A stretch of 64,000 nt of DNA. It comes from Lingula anatina. Taxonomy: Eukaryota; Animalia; Brachiopoda. Each line of letters begins with the position of its first letter. The first letter of the stretch is position 1. Both the position numbers and the translations under genes were made by a program. This document shows, piece by piece, positions 26,863 to 35,591 of this stretch. The stretch covers positions 2,170,001 through 2,234,000 of the forward strand of contig CM120645.1 in the NCBI GenBank assembly GCA_051362555.1, read 5' to 3'. The notes under the pieces were generated by a model. It saw only the letters and a list, made by a program, of their open reading frames with translations. It did no database searches and was not told where the DNA came from.

Positions 26863-27619
26863 ATGGCAACAGCAAAAACAAACACCGATTCAGACCAGGA
26901 GAACTTCTTTCGCATGAGCATTCTTATTGTAGATTATGCCCTGAAAGTAGTGCAGGATGTTCTCCAGAAAGAGCTGAGAAAAAAGTATCCCAATTTATTT
27001 GACCCCAACACAGGGTTGTTGAACAAGGTGCTTGGTGATGCAACTGTCAGGGCAACACTGTTTGGATTATCACCAAAGGTATTTAATCACCACCAACGGA
27101 AACAGCTGTATCCTGCTGGGAATCCCTCCACATCAGTAACTGTTGGTGATTTAGACCTCACACTGACTGTGCTTCTGCTGAGGAATATCACCTCGTTGAA
27201 CCCCCGTCCTCAGTTTAATGCATGGGACAACCCCTCTGACACAGACACATCAACAGAAGCCACTATAGGACGAGTTAAAAGATATCGAAATACCGTGTAT
27301 GGCCATGCAAACAAGGCAGCGATCAGCGGTCAAGATTTCAGTACACATTTTTCAGGGTTAAAATCCAATCTCTTGGCTCTCTCCAGTAGGTTCACAAATG
27401 AGGACTATGATGCCATCTTGTCTGAACCACTTGATGCTGATTTACTCAAGAAATACCAGGGCATTATGGCAGAATGGAGCGATTATGACAAAGATGTGGA
27501 TGATAAAATGGAAGCTGGATTTAAGAGAGTGTCAGAAGGGATCACACAGTTGCTTGATGGTCAATCGGAACTGAGGAAACTGTGTCTTGGACAAGATAAG
27601 CGTGTTCATACCACAAAAG
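26863..27619 (+). CDS. Exon encoding a DZIP3/hRUL138-like HEPN domain plus a short coiled-coil-like tail (N-terminus of NLR paralog 2)
   Basis: ORF 26851-27720 shows family-typical motifs ENFFRMSILIVD, QRKQLYP, DLDLTLTVLLLRNI, WDNPSDTDTS and IGRVKRYRNTVYGH (R-x5-H at 27286-27306). Acceptor ttctag at 26822-26827, donor at 27620. Confidence 0.85.
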
Positions 27620-30600
27620 GTATGCATCTTGTTCTTTTATATGTTTCCTCTAACTCAGTTAATTGGTACACAATTAAATGTCATAAAATTCTTCTGTGGC
27701 AAGTAAAACGTAAAGAATAATCGGATATTTTATATCTATTTAATATTGACATATCGTCATCTCCCAGGTCTGACTTCTTTATGTCTGACACCTTGTCCTA
27801 GATTGCTGAAGTAGCATTTTATTATTGCTTTATGATTACCAAGATTTTGTTTGATTTAATATTTTCATGACTGTAAAGCATAGAAAGCCACCCGGAAATC
27901 TCCAGGCATTCTCCCCCGATATTGCATATGCAAACGCCGAGCCCACCCCTCCTCTCATCTCCATCCCCCTGTGCAAACAATGCGGATTCTGTGGTGATCA
28001 CACATGCACAGACATGTCCGTAAAGAACAACACTTAGGCCATAATAAATTAAAATTATCAAACACAAGCAGCAAATCTTTCATAACGTTATACAAAATCT
28101 CACATCTGTCTGATGAAGGCATACGTCCAGGCTGGCTGTAAGCTGACGGTATGAAAGATTTTCGGCTTGTGTTTGATAAGTTTCGTTTACGATCCAACTA
28201 CCAAGATAATGAATATTTTTTTCTTAACACTGAGTCTAGTTTCTTTTTACCTGTATTGTTTTTGTAAAAAAGGCACTTGCTTCTCGATTTTTAATAATGC
28301 TATGGAATATTTAGTCTACTTTCCATTTTATTTATTTCGAACAGTGGCTTCAAATCCGCAGCACAGCCCTTCATTGATGGGAGTTGTCAGCCAAGTGATG
28401 GAGACTCAGCATCTGAGTCCTCCCTTATCAACAGAAGAGGAAATTACACAGACTAAATGTACAGAGTCTACTGCTACCAATGGTGATGTGGGCCACAGTG
28501 CAGGTATAGTTTTATAATGCGTGTTTGTGTGGTGTTTTATGTGTATCCGCACGCACACATGTGCGAACGTGCGTGTATTCATGTTTGTGCATGTGAACGT
28601 GTGTTTTTGTGAACGCGCGCGTTTGTGTGTTGTCACTTAAGGCTATTTCATGACCATTAAATATTTGCCATCATCATGGGCCACATAATTTTACATTGAC
28701 TTCTAAACTAAAAGTAAGATATACAAATGAAGTTTCCCCTTTTAGTTTGGCTGTTATAATGGTCCAAATTACCACAGTAACGAGAAACGAGTCCTTTTAC
28801 AATGTATATTCTATTACACTAGAAACCAATTAGAAAAATATGTTCTATGCACCTTTTCTTACTATTTTAATAATTGTTTGTATTATACAGTGTAAATATT
28901 GAAAATCAAAGATATTTATATAGATATATCTTATATATATAGTGGTTAATTTAGTTTGGTAGACTGAGCTTAGAATGTCCTATAATTACATGAATGGATA
29001 CTAGTGTGAAATACACTCTTGCCCAAAATGGTTGGTACACGGAAATTTCGGGATGCATATCGCCCTGTTTCTTTCATTATTAATTATCTTATCAAGTTAA
29101 TACTGTTTATATTGTGAAATATGTGAATCTGGAGAATTAGTGAAGTCATGGAGAAACAACCAATGCAAATGTGAAAAAAAGCGTTCATTTATTTAGGGTT
29201 TTTTCTCATGCCCCCAAAAGGAGTACTTTTTTTTACATAACAGTGCCAAGTGAAAAATTAAACATAAATTTGTACTGTGATTGACAATCAATATGAAATT
29301 AGGGGAAATTGTCAAGAAACATCTTCAGAGTTCATTAATCTGAATAGCGGGTATGCCCACCCCGAGCTTTTTCACTTGGTACTGTTATGTAAAAAGTACT
29401 CTTCTGGGGGGCATGAAAAAAAAACCCTAAATAAATGAACGCTTTTTCCACATTTGCATTGGTTGTTTCTCCTTGACTTTACCAATCCTCCAGCTTCACA
29501 TATTTAACAATATAAACAGTATTAATTTGGTAATATTAATAATAATGAAAGAAACAGGGCGATATGCATCCCAAAATGTCCGTGTACCAACCATTTTGGG
29601 CAAGAGTGTACATTGTTAATAATGTCATAGTTTAGATTCTAAGTTGTAAAGACCGGAAACATACTTATAATATTGACGATACTGTTTTTTTCTATAGAAT
29701 ATGTTTCTTTTCAGGCACTAAACTTCAAACAGGGAAGTCAGATACCTGCTATCAGGTAATGTACATTTAATATCCGTCGCTCTACATTGTGCTCAACAAC
29801 TTGTTATGATCACTTAACAATTTCATGAATGTTTGAATACAAAGATATCAAACTTTCCTAAACTTCCATGCCCACGTAATATGTAAATGCAGGGATTGTT
29901 TGTAGTGTGAGGGGCTGTACGTATGCCTGCAGACCCTGAATAACAATTTTAACACTGCACGCACTAAATACTGTCAGCCAGATTTTACGAATAGTTGACG
30001 TCATATATAAGGCAATACATGTATAATCATTGGTTACACCACGTTTTAAAATTTCATATTATCTAAATGAACTTTGAAATTATTTTCCATTTTCAGACAC
30101 CTGTAATGAGTCCAACGCACAAAAATCTGTTGGTGAAAATGAGGCCATTGCTTGTAGAAAATCTCCGAGTTGAGGACTTCATTCGGGACATGGTAGCCAT
30201 GAACATATTCACTAAAGACATTGCAGGAAAGGTAATGGCTGAAGAAACAATAGAAAGTCAAGCTAATAAATTTCTGTGTATTCTACCCGAATGTGGTCCT
30301 CGTGCATTTGAAACATTTGTTGAAGTGTTGAGAAAACACAACAAGAAAGAACTTGCAGATTCTTTAGCAGAAAAAGCGACTGCTTGCAGTGGTAAAAATC
30401 AAATAGCGTCTTTCTACATTAAATACATGAGTGAAATACAGCGTCTTCCCTGGGACCCCGACGACACAATGCACATAGATGACGTCTATGTTAACCTGCA
30501 GTGGCTACAAGAGGAACGGAAACCGTCACGTTCTAGTTCTGTTCCAATCCAGAGCTATACATCAATATTTAAAGATACCGAACAAGGAAAGCCACCAAAG

Positions 30601-33021
30601 AGAATATTGGTAAGAGGAAAGGCAGGCATCGGCAAAACCACATTCACACAGAAGATGGCAACAGACTGGGCAAATACCACACTGGGTTTAGGAAAATGTA
30701 ATGAAGTGCTTGCGAAATTTGAACATCTTTTAATTCTAAATCTACGAAGCATTCAGCCCGGTCAAACACTGAAGGAAGCAATTGAAGCGCAAATCTCTTG
30801 TTCCGCACAAAATAGGAAAGCAGTGACAGATGAAGTCATGCAAGCTCTAGACTTTGACACTGACCATGTTCTGTTGGTCTTCGATGGTTATGATGAATAT
30901 GATATCAACACTTCCAAAGAAATCACAGACATCATTTACCGAAGACGATACCAGGATGTGTGCACCGTCGTCACAACACGTCCGTGGAAGGCAGAAAAAC
31001 TGAACAGAAGAATAATGGACAGTGTGTGTGAAATCATTGGACTAAGAGAAGAGAATATAGCTGAATATGTTGCTAAATTCTTTAATGATGAACAGACATA
31101 TGATGAGTACTTAGAACTGAAGTCAGTCTATTTAAAGAGTCTGAACTTTCTTGGTTATCAGAAGAAGTTAGGGTCCATAGGGAACGGTCTCGTAGGCTAC
31201 ATAGAGGAAAAGAAGCTGATGTCTCTGGTGAGGATTCCAATACTTTTACTGTTTGTTTGTCTCATGTGGAAACAGGATCAGGAAAGTGACGCCAAGACAA
31301 AATCCCTCCCAGCGTCATATTCATTGCTTTACAGTAAACTAATACAGTTCCTTTTAAGACGAAGATACGACATCAGGACACAGGATGAAACAGAAGAACT
31401 TATTAGAAAATCTGAGGAAACATTTATCAGCCTTGGTAAGCTGGCTTACGATGGGCTGGTGAAACCAGATGGGGGTCTTAAATTTAATGAAAAGGACTTG
31501 CAGAGAATCCCAGATATAAGCGAATTGTACAGTTTAGGTCTCCTCAACAAGTCTAAGATACACAGTAACCTTGATGTTAAACACGAGGTAACTTTTCCAC
31601 ATAAAACCATCCAGGAGTTTTTTGCGGCAAAATACCTGGCGAGGACATTAGACAAAAGTGATAGTATTACCTTAGATCTTTTTTTGGAAAAATTTGACAC
31701 CCTTGACAAACTCTATGACATGGACTTTGTGCTGCGCTTTTTGTGTGGGTTATCTAGGAGAGCGACTGCCAAAGTGCTAAGTAAAGCTAAATCTTTTCAG
31801 GGCGAATTTTTGAAAGAAAATTATGAAGCCTTTAAGGTGCCTGTTAGCTATGAGATTAGTAACAGGTATATACTTGTTAACAGGTTAAACGAGTGGTGTA
31901 GTGATCTCCTCCTAGAACACTGGTATGCCCACTGTCCCCAGGAAACAGTGCTGCCCCCTGAGCTTATCTCCTGGCACAAGGCACTTTGCATACGTGGATC
32001 ATTTCATCACTCTGATCCCAAACTCCAGCAGGTTTTGTATGACAGTGTAGAGAGTTTAATGTGCAGCCCACAGATATATTCTGGTATCTTCAAATGTGTG
32101 AATGCTGTCTTTGTAAATCACTGTAGTTCTGTGACTGATAGATGGGAAACACAGCACAAACTATTATCTTTACTTAGTAAGTGTGACGTGTTCGAGGAAC
32201 TACTAGAGGTATATTGGGGGAGAGGTATTCACACTTGTGGTGATTGCACATGTGCCTTAAATAATATTTTATCAAAAGCTCCTAACCTTCAAACACTTAT
32301 ATTAGATATAAATTGTGGAGCTCTCTTTTCAATACCTAACCCTGGAAAACTGCTAAATCTGGATGTTCATGACATAGATAGTCAAGTCACCCCCGTGATC
32401 AAACAGATGCGGCACTTGAAGTACATTCGTGTTAAAGGGAGATCACTTCCTCCACTAGGGACACTACCTAATACCAGTCATGATTTGACTCATATAGATA
32501 TTAATGGTCAACTTCAGCCCTTGTGTGTACAACTTCTTGGGAGGAACCTTCACCATGTGAGAGGGCTGAAATACCTGACACTGATGCGTGTGTTCAATTA
32601 TAAAACCTTTTGTGGGTCTAACTGGTGTCTGTGTCCTTGGGGGGAAGATACCAGTACAAAACAATACCAAACATGTCAGGATGTCTGTAAAGCCGTGCGT
32701 GAACTGAGTCAAGGTGTGATACACACCACTAAGCTAACACACTTTTTATTCTGGGGCAATAACTTGGGTACGTACAACGGTATCACCAGTCCACTGAAAG
32801 CATTGATACAATCTCTCAGTACAGTGTCAGAGCATACTGGAATGTGGATTGACATGGGCAATAATATCCTGGGCAGAGTTGATCGCCTCAGTGAGCTGAT
32901 AGAAGCCATTGTCCGCTCTTACCAGTATGTATCATATTGGGATCTTAGGAGTAATTTCCTTGAGGAGAGTCTCCCGCAGCCAGATGGCAGCCTTAAATGC
33001 GAAGTGTGCCTAGATGCGTGA
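26863..33021 (+). CDS. NLR paralog 2, complete spliced model: HEPN(DZIP3-like)-linker-CARD-NACHT-LRR, ~1293 aa
   Basis: Exons 26863-27619 (ACCATGG Kozak; donor AAAG|gtatg, phase 1), 28345-28503 (acag|...GCAG|gtata, phase 1-1), 29715-29755 (tttcag|...CAG|gtaat, phase 1-0) and 30097-33021 (tttcag|, phase 0). All four join in frame: 757+159+41+2925=3882 nt with no internal stop. Confidence 0.82.
29014..29608. mobile_element. Tc1/mariner-type MITE with ~245-bp inverted arms, in an intron of NLR paralog 2
   Basis: TA|CACTCTTGCCCAAAATGGTTGGTACACGG...CCGTGTACCAACCATTTTGGGCAAGAGTG|TA. Arms ~29014-29257 and ~29368-29608. TA target-site duplication. Confidence 0.9.
30097..33021 (+). CDS. Terminal exon of NLR paralog 2 (CARD-NACHT-LRR)
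   Basis: 984-aa ORF 30067-33021 whose first 10 codons are intronic. Walker A GKAGIGKTT (30616-30642), Walker B LLVFDGYDE, FPHKTIQEFFAA, LRRs. Colinear with 624-3554. Confidence 0.94.
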   Translation, partial: TPVMSPTHKNLLVKMRPLLVENLRVEDFIRDMVAMNIFTKDIAGKVMAEETIESQANKFLCILPECGPRAFETFVEVLRKHNKKELADSLAEKATACSGKNQIASFYIKYMSEIQRLPWDPDDTMHIDDVYVNLQWLQEERKPSRSSSVPIQSYTSIFKDTEQGKPPKRILVRGKAGIGKTTFTQKMATDWANTTLGLGKCNEVLAKFEHLLILNLRSIQPGQTLKEAIEAQISCSAQNRKAVTDEVMQALDFDTDHVLLVFDGYDEYDINTSKEITDIIYRRRYQDVCTVVTTRPWKAEKLNRRIMDSVCEIIGLREENIAEYVAKFFNDEQTYDEYLELKSVYLKSLNFLGYQKKLGSIGNGLVGYIEEKKLMSLVRIPILLLFVCLMWKQDQESDAKTKSLPASYSLLYSKLIQFLLRRRYDIRTQDETEELIRKSEETFISLGKLAYDGLVKPDGGLKFNEKDLQRIPDISELYSLGLLNKSKIHSNLDVKHEVTFPHKTIQEFFAAKYLARTLDKSDSITLDLFLEKFDTLDKLYDMDFVLRFLCGLSRRATAKVLSKAKSFQGEFLKENYEAFKVPVSYEISNRYILVNRLNEWCSDLLLEHWYAHCPQETVLPPELISWHKALCIRGSFHHSDPKLQQVLYDSVESLMCSPQIYSGIFKCVNAVFVNHCSSVTDRWETQHKLLSLLSKCDVFEELLEVYWGRGIHTCGDCTCALNNILSKAPNLQTLILDINCGALFSIPNPGKLLNLDVHDIDSQVTPVIKQMRHLKYIRVKGRSLPPLGTLPNTSHDLTHIDINGQLQPLCVQLLGRNLHHVRGLKYLTLMRVFNYKTFCGSNWCLCPWGEDTSTKQYQTCQDVCKAVRELSQGVIHTTKLTHFLFWGNNLGTYNGITSPLKALIQSLSTVSEHTGMWIDMGNNILGRVDRLSELIEAIVRSYQYVSYWDLRSNFLEESLPQPDGSLKCEVCLDA

Positions 33022-34822
33022 AAGTTAGGAGGAGAAGCACTACTTACTTGCTATCAAAACACAAAAATCTGAAATCTAAACCTATAAAAATGAGAGTGAA
33101 ATTTCACACATATACTGGTACAAGCCAAAAGTGATGTTTATTCATTGATTTTATTACTGTAGTACTGTATTGATATTGTAATCACCATGTAATGCTAAAG
33201 CATGTCTTGATCTACCAGTAATCATAACTTAATATCTACGAAATGTTGACCTGAATGGTGTGGAAATATGAAGAGGAATCGGTTGGAATGTTACATTGTA
33301 TCTTATTGTCATCCTTCCGCAGTTGCTGGTATATTTGATACAATTGTCAATAATTGATACATTTTTTTTCAATAACCAACTATACAGATATAATAGGTCC
33401 ATATCATGTCTAGACACACAGGTTGGTTATGACATTTTATTTTGACTCAATTATTTAAACATAGTTTTTTTTGTATATTTGTATATGAAATGATGTGCTG
33501 ATTTTAGTACTTTATTTCATCTAGTAATTTCTTTTCCTTTCCCATTAACCATGTATATACATTATTTACACGCGCGTGTCTTGGTGTGTAAATACCATGT
33601 ACTAGAAAATGGTTATGCATATCGATGAAAAAGGACATTTTTATTAAGAAATTAGATCGCTTATTTGGTGACTTGGCATAAAGCTGTTCTTGAAATTTTA
33701 GTGTCTGTGAAAAAATATGGTGTCAATGTGTATATCATGATGTGTGTCCAAGTTGGATAGGTGCAATATATGGTTGTTAAAATACTTGCTTTTTGCATAT
33801 TTAAAATACGTCATTATTATTATTATTATTATTATTGAAACCTTTTTATAAAAATTATCAGTCAGAACACCGACAGGATCAGCCCGCGCTCGTATTACAA
33901 AATTTGTTCTGTGGTATGATACTCCGAAGTGCAATCTGACACACACCTTGAAAACGGGTAGTGTGGTCCGATATACCGGATCCTTATGTGCCGAGTCTGG
34001 TAGTTGTGTAGGCCTGTATATTTACAAGACCTTATCCTATTCAGAATATCCCATTGGCTCACAAAAATCACGTTATGTCCTTTTACCCAACGAATGGTCA
34101 TGGTGGTAATTTTAGACAATTCATGAAGTCCACGGTGCAAAGTAGCGCCGTAGAAATTCGAGCCCCCCCCCCTCCCCCCCCCCCCCCCCCCCCCCCGCAA
34201 AAAAAAAAGCCCTTTGGAAATTAAAATCCCGCAGCAAGTAATAAAGAAAGTCTGTTCAATTCAAGACAACCATACAAAACGCCATTTCATTAGCATTATA
34301 AATGCAATGAAAAAAATTTGTTATATAGTTTTTCCACATACCACATTTTACTACAACAACATTCTTTAGTACAACTATGTTATATGCAAATTGTCGTGAT
34401 CGTTACGTAGACATCATATGAATATCGTATGGTTAATACAAAATACATAAAAACTAAACTATAAATATTTTCAGGTACCAGCCATGTGTATAGGTTATAC
34501 TGCTATATTGACGTCTCTTCTCGGCATATATTTAAAACATACACTTGAGAATAAAATAAAAGTTTCCAACAAACTTTGTCAAATCCATGCTCGACCACAT
34601 GCAATAATTCCCATGGCCATCAATTTTTATGAGGATTTTCTGTGGAAATTTGACGACGTCAAGTACACGTGAAACACAGGCATGATGAAACGTTTGTACC
34701 CCATTATCCTTTAGTATAGTGATATTTTACTCAAAAATTATGTTTAACGTCTGATAAAAGAAACAAAACAAAACAAAACACGATTTCATTGCTTTGGCGA
34801 AAAACTCTCATAATTCAAAACG

Positions 34823-34910
34823 TCAAAAACCATTTGTTTTTGCCACTGATGCTTCAGTTCCTGGACCATGGGAGGTGATGAGGGTGTCATCTTCTAACTG
34901 AAAATAAATA

Positions 34911-34941
<31 letters not shown>

Positions 34942-35548
34942 ATACATATCAGCAATTATGAGTTAGATGTTTTCGTTTACAATCACGACCACTTTACTAA
35001 GGGTGCATTCCCAGAGATTAAGATCGATCCAGAGATTTAGATTTAGATTTAGATTGACCTAACTCCCTGGGGGTTCACGCTAAATTGCAGTCAGCCGAGC
35101 GCGCACCATAGTTAATATTACCCCCTTACAATTGTTGCTCTGTTTTTCTTCGCCCGTAGAGTAGCAGACGAGGACAAATTTATCATTTTTGTGATATCTT
35201 TCGTGGTTGGGGAGGAGAAGGGTCTGGTAGTAAAATATATTGTTCGTATTATAGTTTTCAGCGCCACATAGATCATCTGAACTGTATCCTCTGCCTTATA
35301 TTAAAAATTGCCCCGTTTTGCTGTTCTTTATATCTTTTTGGGTGGGGTTCAGAAGGATCTGGCAGTAAGATGTCGTTTATATGCTGGCTTTCACTGCTGT
35401 TTCCTCCCCAGAGAGGTGAAAACGTCTACACCCCGTACATATCAGGGGGTAACATTCCAGACATACTGTCATCTGTTGCAAACTGCAATGAGACGCTGGA
35501 AGCAGTGGAGACCTCGCCTGCCCCCCTCTCTCCCCCTCCCCCTCCCGT

Positions 35549-35591
<43 letters not shown>

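Noticed and set aside
27620-27720. C-terminal tail of the 289-aa ORF, read as a stand-alone HEPN protein
   Set aside because: It follows a donor at 27620 and has intron-like composition, and an in-frame downstream exon exists. A short intron-retaining isoform cannot be excluded.
30067-30096. ORF-track start MNFEIIFHFQ for NLR paralog 2
   Set aside because: This is the polypyrimidine tract and acceptor (ttttcag). Homology to paralog 1 begins at 30097.
33021-34823. Functional coupling of NLR and SLC26 inferred from their tail-to-tail linkage
   Set aside because: Adjacency in an animal genome does not imply a shared pathway, and co-duplication is explained by the segmental duplication.
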